Shown: positions 32,382 to 43,640 of the stretch, in pieces
Layout: the number at the start of each line of letters is the position of its first letter
Position numbering within the stretch: the stretch's first letter is position 1
From: Sedimentisphaerales bacterium
GTDB lineage: Bacteria > Planctomycetota > Phycisphaerae > Sedimentisphaerales > SM23-30
Assembly: GCA_963666285.1 (NCBI GenBank)
Contig: OY762711.1
Reading direction: 5' to 3' (one strand)
Length of the DNA: 64,000 bases
Notes under the pieces: generated by a model
Told to the model about the DNA's origin: nothing
The model's database searches: none
The model's input: only the letters and a program-made list of their open reading frames with translations
Made by a program: the position numbers and the translations under genes

Positions 32382-33809
32382 ATGAAAAAATACGAAATGA
32401 TTATGGATCGTGTCATCGGCCTGATTGACGGCGGTATCATTAACGAAGGCGACAAGGTTCCTTCTGTTCGCGCTATGTCCGGTCAGATGAATGTTGGTGT
32501 TATGACCACACTTGAAGCATACCGCAGACTTGAAGCTAAAGGGGTCATAGAAAGCCTGCCTCGCAGCGGATATATCGTATGCCCGCCCTCGCTCAAACGG
32601 TTTGATATCAGCATAAAGCTTCCAGAAGCCAGACTGAGCGATATATCTGTCCAGGAAAAAACCGTCAGAATTCCGGAAGAAACAGACGCTCTCTTCAAGT
32701 CTGTCACCCAGCCCGGCATGATTCCTCTCGGCGCCGGCATGCCCGACCCTTCCGACCTGCCTAGCGAAGAACTCAGCCAGTCGCTCGCACGCGTATCACG
32801 TACATGGCCGCTTGATAACAATCAATACTTCCTCGGCTCTGGCGACAAAGGGCTTGTCAAGGAACTTAATAAATGGATGATCCAGACTGGCTGCACACCT
32901 GCCCATGACGAACTTACTGTTACCCAGGGGATAACCCAGGCTCTCACCCTCGCACTGCGAGCTGTTTCCAAACCCGGCGACACCGTCCTGGTCGAATCGC
33001 CCGGATATTATGGTTTCTACACCCTGCTGGAATTCCTTAGCTTAAAAGCTGTCGAAGTACCGGTTGACCCTACCACCGGCATCAACATTGACGCCCTCAA
33101 CAAAATGCTGAAAAATAAAATCAAGGCAAAAGCACTGCTCTGCTCGCCTACTTTTTCAAACCCAACCGGTGCCGTTATACCTGCTGACAATCGACAGAAA
33201 CTCATCGAGCTTGCCCAAAAGCACAAGTTTGTCATTATCGAAGACGACACCTACGGGGAATTATATTTTAGTAAAAAACGCCCGGAACCGCCGCTTAAAG
33301 CTATAGATCCGGAAAACATTATACATCTCGGCAGTTTCAGTAAAATCATTGCCCCCGGCTATCGCATCGGATGGGCTGCTGGCGGAAGATACACCGAAGA
33401 TATACGCAGATGCTTCAGAATGTCGGTTCTAGCCTCACCTATTGTCATCCAGAAAGCCCTCGCTGACTATCTCAAACGCGGCGGGGTCAAACAGCATATG
33501 CGCAGACTACGCGACAAATACCGGCAGAATGTAGCTCTAACCCAGAGCATTATCGCTGATTTTTTCCCTGAAGGTACCCGCACCGCAAACCCTGCCGGTG
33601 GTCATTACTTATGGGTAGAACTGCCAGAAAATATTGATTCTGTCATTCTGGCTGAAAAAGCCCTTAAAAAGAAAATATCGATCGCTCCCGGCGTACTGTT
33701 TTCTTCCCGCAAACATTATAGAAACTATCTGAGACTAAACTGCGGACTCAAATGTTCCGAGAAAGTCATTAAAGCTCTTAAAACCGTCGGCGATCTGGCG
33801 AGAAACTAA
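32382..33809 (+). CDS. GntR/MocR-family regulator (wHTH + PLP aminotransferase-like domain)
   Basis: GDKVPSVR..AYRRLEAKGVIES.PRSGY HTH; SNPTG, IEDDTY, GSFSKIIAPGYRIGW PLP-lysine motif. Confidence 0.93.
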   Translation: MKKYEMIMDRVIGLIDGGIINEGDKVPSVRAMSGQMNVGVMTTLEAYRRLEAKGVIESLPRSGYIVCPPSLKRFDISIKLPEARLSDISVQEKTVRIPEETDALFKSVTQPGMIPLGAGMPDPSDLPSEELSQSLARVSRTWPLDNNQYFLGSGDKGLVKELNKWMIQTGCTPAHDELTVTQGITQALTLALRAVSKPGDTVLVESPGYYGFYTLLEFLSLKAVEVPVDPTTGINIDALNKMLKNKIKAKALLCSPTFSNPTGAVIPADNRQKLIELAQKHKFVIIEDDTYGELYFSKKRPEPPLKAIDPENIIHLGSFSKIIAPGYRIGWAAGGRYTEDIRRCFRMSVLASPIVIQKALADYLKRGGVKQHMRRLRDKYRQNVALTQSIIADFFPEGTRTANPAGGHYLWVELPENIDSVILAEKALKKKISIAPGVLFSSRKHYRNYLRLNCGLKCSEKVIKALKTVGDLARN

Positions 33810-34034
33810 CTCCAATAAGTCCGAAAAAGTCACTTCACCTGAATCAAAATCAATAACAACTGCGATATATTGGCAATACATTTTGCATCGAATTTGTTGG
33901 AAAAACAAATACTAAAGCAAATATGCCAAAAACAAAAATGATTGATATGCCAATAATCTTTGTTTTCTTTTTCAGAGTTGTCATAATTCACAATTCATAA
34001 TTTACCCAAACTAACTGATTGGGGACTACTTACC

Positions 34035-34105
34035 CTTATGCCTTATCTCTTATCTCTTATGCATTATGCCTCTCAAACTGACCATCGGTCAGTTTGAGTT
34101 ATTTA
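34035..34105 (+). repeat. Composite palindromic repeat, copy 2
   Basis: Five 7-mers (CTTATGC CTTATCT CTTATCT CTTATGC ATTATGC), then the perfect CTCAAACTGACC-ATC-GGTCAGTTTGAG (34072-34098) and TTATTTA, which contains the MscS stop. Confidence 0.92.
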
Positions 34106-35845
34106 ATTTTCACCTGACAGTTCGTCTGCATCGAAATTTTCAGGAGCTGGTGGAATATCTGATGAAGACTGATTAGCTGCCGCCGGCAGAATAGCCGACA
34201 TTTCCTGGTAAATATGAACATCTCGCTGTGGGAATGGAATTGAGATATCGTTATTGTCAAACCGTTCTTTTACTGCACGGGTAATATCCCAATATACTTT
34301 CCAGTAATCAGAAGTGTTGGTCCACGGACGACAAACAAAATTAACCGAGGAATCAGCCAGCTCGTGCATGCGAATTACCGGCTCAGGGTCTTTAAGGACA
34401 AGTTCGTGAGACACAACAATATCTTCGAGAATTGATTGTGCCTTGGAAATGTCATCAGAATAGCTGATACCAAACACCATGTCAACCCGACGGGTGCTGC
34501 TGCCGGTAACATTAGTTATAACTCCGCCCCAGATAGAGCCGTTAGGAACAACAACGATCTGGTTGTCAAAAGTCTTTACCGTAGTGGTATTAAGATTCAT
34601 CGAAGCAACCACACCAGTCACTCCTGCTGCACTTACTACATCACCGACATCATACGGACGGTGCATAAGGATCATAATTCCCGCGGCAAAATTGTTCAGT
34701 GTCCCCTGCAGGGCAAAACCGATAATAAAACCTATAGCTCCGATACCTGCAACCAGCGGGCCGATATCAATTCCCAGCATTGAAAGGGCAACAACAAAAC
34801 CAATTATCATGGTAACTTTTGATACTGTATTACTGAAAAATTCCTTGAGCAAATCAGAACTGCCTTTATGAATTTTCATCGCATGGCGGGTCATCGAACT
34901 TAGGAAAACTGCCAGGATCTTAAATACAACAACTATCAGAACAAAGCAGATAATATTCCAGCCCCAGCGGATCCCGCCTTCTGGCGAGGTCAGCCAGCCG
35001 ATTATTAAAGCTTTTGTTGCCGATACATCCTTTACATCAACCTTTATACCGGAAACAGCTGCTATATACTTTTCGTATTCATCGATCTCACCGCCTTTGC
35101 CTTTCAATGACTGAATGACAATTGAGCATCGGTCAACCAGTGCGGTCTGTTCTTCACGCAATTTATTTAATTGTGCCAGCAGATGTTCTTTTACCTTGCC
35201 GTGTAACTCTACCTCGGCATCTGCCACTTTTTGAACCTTATCCTCAATCTTTATATCTGCTTTTTCCAGTGACTCGGCTGTCTCCTCCAGTTTGGCCTTT
35301 GCTGCTTCTACTTCTCCAGCACTCGCAATCACTTCTTTTTCAGAAGCTCGCACTTCTTTACCTTCACCATTAGCAGCTTTATCAGCAATAGCTTGACTCA
35401 CTTCCTGAGTTTTCTGATCGATTTCCTCGGTTTTTTCCTTGAGAGCCGCTATGTTTTTATTCAATTCTTCTTTTACAACCAGTTCATCAGTTGATTGATT
35501 TCCTGCTGCATCTGCCGCCTTATCGCCATTTTTAATCTGGTCAATTTTATCTTTCGCTCCATCTATCGCCTTGGTGATGTCTCGATTTACATTTTTGACC
35601 TCGATCTCCTTCAGACCTATCTCTCGAACTTTTTCTTCCAGCAGACTAAACCACGCTTCGGTTTCAATAAGAAGCTGCTCTTTCCGCAGCGGCTTAAGTA
35701 ATAACCCAAGATCTTCTACCGGGATATTAGGGTTATCAACCGTCACTGCCGCATCTGCACCCTGCTCCGCTGAAAACGCAGGCATAACATTAAATACCAA
35801 CAGAAACAACACGAAAATCTTGATAGTTTTATATTTCTTAATCAT
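34103..35845 (-). CDS. MscS-family mechanosensitive channel with a periplasmic coiled-coil N-domain
   Basis: Signal peptide; GFALQGTLNNFAAG, PYDVGD, VVPNGSI, TRRVD and ISIPFPQRDV motifs. ATG 35845 (AGGAAG RBS) preferred to 35890. Confidence 0.92.
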   Translation of the reverse strand: MIKKYKTIKIFVLFLLVFNVMPAFSAEQGADAAVTVDNPNIPVEDLGLLLKPLRKEQLLIETEAWFSLLEEKVREIGLKEIEVKNVNRDITKAIDGAKDKIDQIKNGDKAADAAGNQSTDELVVKEELNKNIAALKEKTEEIDQKTQEVSQAIADKAANGEGKEVRASEKEVIASAGEVEAAKAKLEETAESLEKADIKIEDKVQKVADAEVELHGKVKEHLLAQLNKLREEQTALVDRCSIVIQSLKGKGGEIDEYEKYIAAVSGIKVDVKDVSATKALIIGWLTSPEGGIRWGWNIICFVLIVVVFKILAVFLSSMTRHAMKIHKGSSDLLKEFFSNTVSKVTMIIGFVVALSMLGIDIGPLVAGIGAIGFIIGFALQGTLNNFAAGIMILMHRPYDVGDVVSAAGVTGVVASMNLNTTTVKTFDNQIVVVPNGSIWGGVITNVTGSSTRRVDMVFGISYSDDISKAQSILEDIVVSHELVLKDPEPVIRMHELADSSVNFVCRPWTNTSDYWKVYWDITRAVKERFDNNDISIPFPQRDVHIYQEMSAILPAAANQSSSDIPPAPENFDADELSGEN

Positions 35846-36086
35846 TTTTCTTCCTATTTCATTCAATTGATGTATGTTTTTTTCACACAATATTGTTCAA
35901 AGTTAAACAGAGCTTATATATATCCGTAATTATATGAAACTCTGATACAAAAATTATTAACAAAACAGCATTTCATGTCAAATTAATAATGCAATAAAGT
36001 TTAATTACTCAAAGTGACCGATTTTACATTTTTTATTGCTATAACACAATTCATTGCAAATTGTTACATTAATGATTTAATTAGCC

Positions 36087-36173
36087 TGCCGCTTTGCGGC
36101 AAACCTTCCCTAATACCAAATAACTAATACCTAATACCTCTCAAACTGGCCATCGGTCAGTTTGAGTTAATTA
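36087..36173 (+). repeat. Composite palindromic repeat, copy 3 (most complete)
   Basis: Hairpin TGCCGC-TTT-GCGGCA (36087-36101), four 7-mers (CTAATAC CAAATAA CTAATAC CTAATAC), core CTCAAACTGGCC-ATC-GGTCAGTTTGAG (36140-36166). Confidence 0.92.
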
Positions 36174-36232
36174 TTACCGTATGCCTGTTCGCAACTTGTT
36201 ATTTTTCCAGAATAGCATTTATTACTCATTAT

Positions 36233-38233
36233 TTATTTACCCTTCCCCCTCTTTTTCTTCCCAATTTCCGGTGCGTCTTTCAATTCCTGTATCTGGTCTC
36301 GCAGTTTGGCAGCTTTTTCGAACTCCATTGCCTCAGCAGCAGCAAACATCTCCTTCTCAAGAGTCGCCAATAGCTCTTCACGGTCGTATTCGCTGCCATC
36401 CCGGGCGATAACTTCCTCGGCCAGCTTCTTCGCCTGGAACTCTGTCTCAAGCGATTTACGTATAGCCTTCTGAATCGTCTGTGGTGTTATGCCATGAGTT
36501 TCATTATATTCAAGCTGCAACTGCCGTCTGCGCGATGTCTCATCCATTGCCCGCTGCATCGAGTCTGTTACCTTATCGGCATACAATATTACCTGGGCAT
36601 TCACATTACGGGCTGTACGACCGATTGTCTGGATCAGCGAGGTCTCACTTCTCAGGAAACCTTCCTTATCAGCATCCAGGATACCGACCAGCGATACTTC
36701 CGGCAAATCCAAACCCTCTCTTAGAAGGTTTACACCTACCAACACATCAAATTCTCCCTCACGCAGCTGCCGCAGGATATTCACACGCTCCAGCGTATCA
36801 ATTTCACTATGCAAATATGCACACCGGAAGCCTTTATCTTTTATGAAGTTACTCAAATCCTCAGCCAGCCGTTTGGTCAGAACCGTAACCAGAACTCGCT
36901 CATTTTTGGCAACCCGTTTTTCGATCTCACCCAATAAATGCGGAACCTGCTCACTGGCCGATTCGATTGATATCTCAGGATCCAGCAGCCCGGTCGGACG
37001 AATTACCTGCTCTACCACATGCCCGCCGCATAGGTCAAGCTCGTACGGACCAGGCGTTGCAGAGACAAATATTACCCTATCCCAGCTCTTTTCAAATTCT
37101 TCATATTGGAGCGGCCTGTTATCCATCGCACTTGGCAAACGAAATCCATGATCTACCAGTACCTGCTTTCGGCTCCTGTCCCCGGCATACATCGCTCGTA
37201 ACTGCGGTATCGTGACATGTGATTCATCTATCAGCATCAAAAAATCGTCCGGAAAATAGTCCAGCAGCGTAAACGGCTTACTGCCTGGCTGCAGCCCGGC
37301 CATATGCCTGGCATAATTCTCTATACCGCTGCAATAACCAACCTCTCGGATCATTTCAATATCATAACGGGTACGCGCATTCAATCTCTGAGCCTCCAGC
37401 AGCTTACCCTCATTCCGCAACTGGTACAACCTGCTCTTCAGCTCTTTCTCGATTGATGCTGTTGCTTCCTCTATCCTGTCTTCAGGCATAACATAATGTT
37501 TGGCCGGATAGATAAAATACTGCGTTTCCTCGGCCAGCACCTCTCCACTAACAGGATTAATCAGTGAAATACCCTCGATTTCATCGCCAAAAAACTCTAC
37601 CCGAACGGCAAATTGGCCGTATGCCGGCCAGATCTCAACCACATCACCTCGTACACGGAAATTACCACGCTCAAATGCTATATCATTTCGTTCATAACTT
37701 ATACTCGTCAGATCGAGCAAAACCTGGTCTCGATCAACTTCCAGCCCCACACGCAACGCTACAATGTAATTTTTATAGTCATCCGGACTGCCCAGACCAA
37801 AAATACAAGACACGCTGGCAACCACAATCGTATCAGGCCTGCTCAAAAGCGACGTTGTTGTACTCAATCGCAGCCTGTCCAAATCATCATTACGGGATGC
37901 GTCCTTCTCTATATAGATATCTCGCTGCGGAATATAAGCTTCCGGCTGATAATAGTCGTAATAACTGACAAAATACTCTACCGCATTCTCCGGAAAAATC
38001 TCCTTAAACTCTTCATACAGCTGAGCCGCTAATGTTTTATTATGACTTACAACCAGTGCAGGTCGATCATATTTTTCTATAACATTAGCCATAGTAAAGG
38101 TTTTACCGGAACCGGTAACACCCATAAGAGTCTGAAACTTACTCTGGCTATTAAGGCCTTCATACAGCTCTTCAATCGCCTTAGGCTGATCTCCTGCCGG
38201 ACCATATTCACTTCTTATCTTAAATACTGACAT
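36233..38233 (-). CDS. uvrB: Excinuclease ABC subunit B
   Basis: [42 protein letters not shown]-terminal UVR domain. Confidence 0.98.
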   Translation of the reverse strand: MSVFKIRSEYGPAGDQPKAIEELYEGLNSQSKFQTLMGVTGSGKTFTMANVIEKYDRPALVVSHNKTLAAQLYEEFKEIFPENAVEYFVSYYDYYQPEAYIPQRDIYIEKDASRNDDLDRLRLSTTTSLLSRPDTIVVASVSCIFGLGSPDDYKNYIVALRVGLEVDRDQVLLDLTSISYERNDIAFERGNFRVRGDVVEIWPAYGQFAVRVEFFGDEIEGISLINPVSGEVLAEETQYFIYPAKHYVMPEDRIEEATASIEKELKSRLYQLRNEGKLLEAQRLNARTRYDIEMIREVGYCSGIENYARHMAGLQPGSKPFTLLDYFPDDFLMLIDESHVTIPQLRAMYAGDRSRKQVLVDHGFRLPSAMDNRPLQYEEFEKSWDRVIFVSATPGPYELDLCGGHVVEQVIRPTGLLDPEISIESASEQVPHLLGEIEKRVAKNERVLVTVLTKRLAEDLSNFIKDKGFRCAYLHSEIDTLERVNILRQLREGEFDVLVGVNLLREGLDLPEVSLVGILDADKEGFLRSETSLIQTIGRTARNVNAQVILYADKVTDSMQRAMDETSRRRQLQLEYNETHGITPQTIQKAIRKSLETEFQAKKLAEEVIARDGSEYDREELLATLEKEMFAAAEAMEFEKAAKLRDQIQELKDAPEIGKKKRGKGK

Positions 38234-38252
38234 TAATATTTATTTCTCTCTC

Positions 38253-38324
38253 TGCGGCATTCCCTGCCTAATACCAAAAAGCTATATCTGATACCTTTCA
38301 AACTGACCATTAGTCAGTTTGAGT
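38253..38324 (+). repeat. Composite palindromic repeat, copy 4
   Basis: TGCGGCA hairpin remnant, degenerate 7-mers (CTAATAC CAAAAAG CTATAT CTGATAC), core TTCAAACTGACC-ATT-AGTCAGTTTGAG (38297-38323) overlapping the sulfatase stop. Confidence 0.88.
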
Positions 38325-39759
38325 AATAGACATTATTCAATCTCGTTTTCAGTTCTGTTGTTAACGTTTGTACCACACTGGGTTCTTTTTCAGCCAGATT
38401 CACTGTCTCTTTTTCTTTTGTCCTGTGGTCATACAATCTTACATCTCCATTTTTATTGAGTATAAGACGGTAGTTTTTAGACCTGATACTTTGGAAACCT
38501 CCCCAATACGATACAGCATAACCACTTTCAATTTCAGGACTTTCCAGTACAGGCTTAAGCGAACTGCCATCTGCAAATTCAGGTACTTCCAATCCGGATA
38601 ACTCGCATAGTGTTGGGAAAATGTCAATAGTATTAACAATTGCATTTGTTTCACTGCCAGTGTTTTTCATTCCCGGATAAGACAAAATCAGAGGAGAGTG
38701 TAAAGCCTCTTCATATAGAGTATGCTTACCCCAGATATGATGCTCGCCCAAATGCCACCCATGATCACCCCACAAAACAATAATGGTATTTTTGTCTGCT
38801 CCGACTTCTTTCAATTTCTTCATCACTTTTCCTACCTGGGCATCGGCATAACTCACACAGGAGGCATAATGACGTCTTACCTCATCGGCAAATTCAATAT
38901 CAATATTAGGATTTTTACCCCAGCGATTGTATTGCATAAACTCGCCGGATCCATGCCAGATAAAAGTATCTTCCGGCTTTGCATAAAACGGTATCGCTGG
39001 TAGCTTCATATCCTTATAGATATCATAATACTCTGCCGGACAGCCAAAAGGCAAATGCGGCTTGATTATTCCAACTGCCAGGAAAAATGGTTTGCCTGAA
39101 CCTGCCAACATGTCCAGCTGTTTTAACCCTTCTTCAACTATTAAACCATCAGGATAAATAGTATCTGGCCCTTCAACAGCCTGAAAAACATCAGTTTTAC
39201 CGGATTTCTCGCGTTTCTCGCCGTGGGCCAGGCCGTGCATCGCACCTCGCGGATGCTCCCATTCTCCCACCGGCATAAGAAGCTTATCCCAGGCTTCCGG
39301 CATCTCAATTATCAATTCGTCATCCCAGTTATTTCCACCCATCCCGCCCGGATGATGCGAGACCTTTCCTACAGATACGGTTGTATAACCATGCGTCTTA
39401 AACCATTCAGGCATACTTGGAGGAACAGAAGCAGGATCTTCCTTCATTTTCTTAGCTCTGAAAAATAACGCATTGTTATTTGATGTTGATCCATATTTAC
39501 CAGTAAGCATCGCATATCTGGAAGGCCCACAGCTGGGAGCCTGCACATAATGACGATTAAACTTCAATCCATTTTCAGCCAGGGAATCGATATTCGGTGA
39601 TTTTATAAATGGTTTTCCAAAGCAGTTCAGCTCGGTGCGAAGGTCATCAATACATAAGATCAATACATTCAACCTCTTAGACTGATGTTCCATATTTGAC
39701 TCTAAACCAAATGCATTTACTACCAGCATAAATATAAATATTACAATTAGCTTTTTCAT
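38314..39759 (-). CDS. Sulfatase (S1, Cys-type; iduronate-2-sulfatase-like)
   Basis: [16 protein letters not shown] (CxPxR), [25 protein letters not shown]; signal peptide. Confidence 0.93.
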   Translation of the reverse strand: MKKLIVIFIFMLVVNAFGLESNMEHQSKRLNVLILCIDDLRTELNCFGKPFIKSPNIDSLAENGLKFNRHYVQAPSCGPSRYAMLTGKYGSTSNNNALFFRAKKMKEDPASVPPSMPEWFKTHGYTTVSVGKVSHHPGGMGGNNWDDELIIEMPEAWDKLLMPVGEWEHPRGAMHGLAHGEKREKSGKTDVFQAVEGPDTIYPDGLIVEEGLKQLDMLAGSGKPFFLAVGIIKPHLPFGCPAEYYDIYKDMKLPAIPFYAKPEDTFIWHGSGEFMQYNRWGKNPNIDIEFADEVRRHYASCVSYADAQVGKVMKKLKEVGADKNTIIVLWGDHGWHLGEHHIWGKHTLYEEALHSPLILSYPGMKNTGSETNAIVNTIDIFPTLCELSGLEVPEFADGSSLKPVLESPEIESGYAVSYWGGFQSIRSKNYRLILNKNGDVRLYDHRTKEKETVNLAEKEPSVVQTLTTELKTRLNNVYYSN

Positions 39760-39787
39760 TAAATTCCTACTAATACGTCATGATTTT

Positions 39788-40741
39788 TTATTTTTCCCCA
39801 ACTTTTTCCATCCGTTCACATTCCCGGCTTATTTCACTCAATAATGAGGTTTCATCTGAAGTATCCTGACTAATCTCCCAAATCATAACACCACCAATAT
39901 TATTTTCACAACAATAACGGATTTTCTTTTGCATTGTATCCGGTCCATTAAAGTAATATCCACCTACCTCATCAACATCCCTTTTGGGATTATATTTCTC
40001 AACTAACTGATTGTACCCCATACTATTTCCAAAATCTTCAATCATGCGGCCATAAAATGGTACTCCCAAACACAATTTAGAACGATCAACACCATGCCCC
40101 ATAAAAAAATTAAGACTTTCGACTGCTTTATTATAAGTGGAATGTCTTTTTCCCTGATCATATGCCATAATATGCACTCTATCTAAAGCCTGGTACGCTT
40201 CTTTTGATAACTTCTGCCAGGGTGATAACGCGCATGTTACTAATATCCCATACGACTTTACTGCCTGCGATGTTTCAACTATCAATTTATTATAAGCCTG
40301 CTTCTGCTGCTCATTATCCGGAAACTCCCAATCATAATCTATCCCGTCAAATTTATATTTAAGACAAAGTTGATGTAAATCATTAATTAGCTTCTTTCTT
40401 AAACCATCATTTATACAAACAGATGCAAAATTCTTACATCTGCCCCAACCACCTATAGCTAATAATAGTCTAAAACCATGTTTTTGCTTTAATGAATGCA
40501 AATAATCGATATCAGATTGCTTAAGCCTTGATGTGTCTATTGTACCATCTAAAGAGGGCTCTACTGAAAAATATATAATATCTGTCAGTTTACCTGCAAT
40601 AGAATCGTCTACCTGCTTTACGTTATATGTCAAAAGATAACCAACAACTAGAAATTCGCGGTCTGATGAAGAATTGATTGATTCTCCTTTACAGAAGATA
40701 ATTACTGCAAACATAAAGCATGTAAATACTACATATCTCAT
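39788..40741 (-). CDS. GH18 glycoside hydrolase (chitinase / endo-beta-N-acetylglucosaminidase type)
   Basis: AIGGW, FDGIDYDWE (DxxDxDxE), MAYD, LGVPFYG, GGVMIWE. Confidence 0.93.
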   Translation of the reverse strand: MRYVVFTCFMFAVIIFCKGESINSSSDREFLVVGYLLTYNVKQVDDSIAGKLTDIIYFSVEPSLDGTIDTSRLKQSDIDYLHSLKQKHGFRLLLAIGGWGRCKNFASVCINDGLRKKLINDLHQLCLKYKFDGIDYDWEFPDNEQQKQAYNKLIVETSQAVKSYGILVTCALSPWQKLSKEAYQALDRVHIMAYDQGKRHSTYNKAVESLNFFMGHGVDRSKLCLGVPFYGRMIEDFGNSMGYNQLVEKYNPKRDVDEVGGYYFNGPDTMQKKIRYCCENNIGGVMIWEISQDTSDETSLLSEISRECERMEKVGEK

Positions 40742-40923
40742 TTATTGTTTACCACCGGCGAAGCAAATCATAAATCGTTACTATATAAACAGCTACACAA
40801 ATATAACATTAAATACAAATAATAGATATTAAATGATTTAGACAATCTTTTCAAGCATAGAAAACTTACTTAACCAATTATGTTCTCATTATTCATAATT
40901 ATTATCTAAATCACTATTTATCA

Positions 40924-40964
40924 AAAAAATAAAGGCGAATAGTTCTATTCGAGCTATTCGCCTT
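40924..40964 (-). terminator. Intrinsic terminator after fusA
   Basis: AAGGCGAATAG...CTATTCGCCTT stem with a T-run on the minus strand. Confidence 0.8.
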
Positions 40965-41022
40965 CTGTGCTTCAGTAAATTAATACTGTTTTTGGTCTTA
41001 TAAGAAAAGTAAAAGAATCTCT

Positions 41023-43143
41023 TTACTTCTTAGCCTTCGCTTCCTGCATTTGCTTACGTTTTGCAATTACTTCTTCAGCAATATTTGGCGGAACCTGAGC
41101 ATAACGTTTCATTTCCATACTGAATGTTGCCATACCTTTACTCAAACTACGAAGTATGGTAGCATAGCCAAACATACTGGAAAGTGGTACTTCAGCTTCA
41201 ATATTTGAGACATTTTCACGACTTTCAGCATTCATAACCATTCCGCGGCGACTGTTAAGATCACCAACAATAGCACCCTGGAACTCGGTTGGAGTCTCAA
41301 TGTCCACAGACATCATAGGCTCCTGCAGGCATGGTTTTGATTTCAAAAATGCCTGGTTAAACGCATCACGAGCAGCAATACGAAAAGCCATTTCACTTGA
41401 GTCAACATTATGGTAAGTACCATCATCAAGACACATTTTACAGTTAACTATCTGATAACCGGCAACAGGACCCTTAACCATAGCATCTTCAAATCCCTTG
41501 TTTACAGCAGGGATGTATTGTGATGGTATACGGCCACCGGAAATATTATCTTCGAATTCATATGGAGTTTCAGCGTCATCCGGCAATGGTATAAGACGAC
41601 CTACCACATGACCATACTGACCTGAACCACCAGATTGCTTCTTATGCTTGTAATCGTATTTAGCTTCAACTGTCGGAGACTCACGGTAACTAACACTTGG
41701 AGCACCAACTTCAACGTCAGCACGATATTCACGTCTCATACGTTCAATATATACATCCAAATGCAACTCACCCATACCAGCAATAACTGTCTCACCTGTT
41801 TCAGGATCTGTTGATACTCTGAAAGTTGGATCTTCTTTCATGAAACGGTTAAGAGCTTTACCCATTCTATCCTGAGCAGTTGTATCTTTAGGCTTAATTG
41901 ATAGACTAATTACAGGCTCAGCAACATAAATACTTTCAAGTGAGTAGTTAATACCATCACCACAGAAAGTGTCGCCACTGGCACAATCAACTGCAAGCAA
42001 TGCAACGATATCACCAGGACCGGCTGAATCAATATCTTCACGATCGTTAGCATGCATTAGAACCATACGACCTACGCGAATAGGCTTGTTTGTACGTGCA
42101 TTTTTATACATCGATCCTTTTTCAATCTTACCTTGATAAATTCGAGTATATGTCAGCTGACCAAAAGTTTCATCAGTCACCTTAAATGCCATTGCACATA
42201 GAGGAGCATCAGGATCGCTAGTTAGAGGCACTTCAGCACCATTATTGTCGTGATCACGAGCTGTGTTAATTCTATCAACCGGACTAGGAAGAAAACGACA
42301 TACTGCATCCAGCAGAGGCTGAATACCCTTATCTTTGAACGCTGTACCCATCATCATAGGTACAATATCACGATTGATAGTAGCTTCGCGAACAAGATCA
42401 TAAATACGATCTATAGTTGGAACCTGATCTTCAAGCAGCATTTCCATCAGCTCATCATCAAACATGCTGAGATTTTCCAGCATTTCATGACGTGCTTCTT
42501 CAGCTTTATCCAGATAATCGGCAGGAATATCATTTTCAACAACCTTTTCACCACGAGAACCTTCAAAAGTAAGGAACTTCATTTTAATCAGGTCAACAAC
42601 ACCTTTAAATTCTTCACCAGCACCAACATTAAGCTGTAAAGGCACAACATTCAGACCAAGCTTTTCCGCTATATCCTGCTTAACACGTTCAGGATCAGCA
42701 CCTGTACGGTCCATCTTATTAATAAATGCAATGCGAGGAACCTTATAACGCTTCATCTGGCGGTCAACAGTAACAGACTGACTCTGAACACCACCAACAG
42801 AACAAAGTACCATGATAGCTCCATCAAGAACACGCAAAGAACGCTCTACTTCAACTGTAAAGTCTACGTGACCAGGAGTATCGATAATATTTACTGTCTT
42901 ATCCTGCCATCTAACCTGAGTTGCAGCAGAAGTAATCGTTATACCTCTTTCACGCTCCAGTTCCATAAAGTCCATAGTGGCACCGCCATCGCCGCCTCTA
43001 ACTTCCTGGATTTTATGAATACGACCTGCATAGAACAGCATACGTTCTGTTAATGTGGTCTTACCCGAATCGATATGTGCAGATATACCGATATTCCTGA
43101 TGTTTCTGATATTTTCCATAATTTTTTCCTTGTCGGCATCCAT
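41023..43143 (-). CDS. fusA: Elongation factor G (stand-alone, mtEF-G1-like type)
   Basis: [53 protein letters not shown]; not flanked by rpsL/rpsG/tuf. Confidence 0.97.
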   Translation of the reverse strand: MDADKEKIMENIRNIRNIGISAHIDSGKTTLTERMLFYAGRIHKIQEVRGGDGGATMDFMELERERGITITSAATQVRWQDKTVNIIDTPGHVDFTVEVERSLRVLDGAIMVLCSVGGVQSQSVTVDRQMKRYKVPRIAFINKMDRTGADPERVKQDIAEKLGLNVVPLQLNVGAGEEFKGVVDLIKMKFLTFEGSRGEKVVENDIPADYLDKAEEARHEMLENLSMFDDELMEMLLEDQVPTIDRIYDLVREATINRDIVPMMMGTAFKDKGIQPLLDAVCRFLPSPVDRINTARDHDNNGAEVPLTSDPDAPLCAMAFKVTDETFGQLTYTRIYQGKIEKGSMYKNARTNKPIRVGRMVLMHANDREDIDSAGPGDIVALLAVDCASGDTFCGDGINYSLESIYVAEPVISLSIKPKDTTAQDRMGKALNRFMKEDPTFRVSTDPETGETVIAGMGELHLDVYIERMRREYRADVEVGAPSVSYRESPTVEAKYDYKHKKQSGGSGQYGHVVGRLIPLPDDAETPYEFEDNISGGRIPSQYIPAVNKGFEDAMVKGPVAGYQIVNCKMCLDDGTYHNVDSSEMAFRIAARDAFNQAFLKSKPCLQEPMMSVDIETPTEFQGAIVGDLNSRRGMVMNAESRENVSNIEAEVPLSSMFGYATILRSLSKGMATFSMEMKRYAQVPPNIAEEVIAKRKQMQEAKAKK

Positions 43144-43408
43144 ACTTAGGTACCTTCTACTTTTCTTTGATTACCAAAAAATACTAATTTACTATACACA
43201 TTTTTCGCGATATCAATATGTCGCACAAACATATAGACATTTTCCGCGATTATACAATATCTTAACTATGATGGAGGGAATAAATCCCATCCCCAATCTT
43301 CTCGCAGTCATTTGTAAATCTAAAGGTGGGCTAGACTTACAGCTCTTTGCTTACCGCCCCACACGAGCAAAGAATAGTTATTTTAATAATTTCACTACGC
43401 GGTGTCAA
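43144..43408 (-). promoter_or_regulatory. fusA promoter and long structured 5' leader
   Basis: TTGACA-17-TAAAAT on minus (43408-43380); hairpins 43344-43373 and 43313-43341; imperfect direct repeats 43198-43219 and 43237-43260. Confidence 0.6.
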
Positions 43409-43640
43409 TAAAAATATTTAATTTTCAATAATTTTTTCATCGTAATTATAATTAATATAATTTAATTATATTAAGATAAACAGACACCATAAGGATTATA
43501 GCAATTACTGTAAGGTTTTAGTTAAAGAAGAGTTAAATAAATGCAAATAATGCCATATGTTTTTGCAAAAACTCTTACAACCGTTATAATTGATACAAAT
43601 TATAAGACCAAATTAAATCGTTTTCAGGAGTGCAATCAAA

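Noticed and set aside
33868..33890. Possible sigma54 promoter TGGCA...TTGCA
   Set aside because: GG-to-GC spacing is 11 rather than the required 10, and no gene lies downstream on that strand.
32207..38324. The four palindromic repeats as a CRISPR array, integron attC sites or dif sites
   Set aside because: Spacers are ~2-kb genes and no cas gene is present; the 27-bp core is too short for attC, lacks the RYYYAAC/GTTRRRY ends and no integrase is seen; the arms do not resemble XerC/D sites.
38234..38324. Palindrome upstream of uvrB as an SOS (LexA) box
   Set aside because: The same sequence also lies between convergent genes and matches no LexA box I recognise.
43055..43411. 118-aa plus-strand ORF over the fusA start and leader
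   Set aside because: It overlaps fusA antisense and its promoter; no RBS or recognisable domain.
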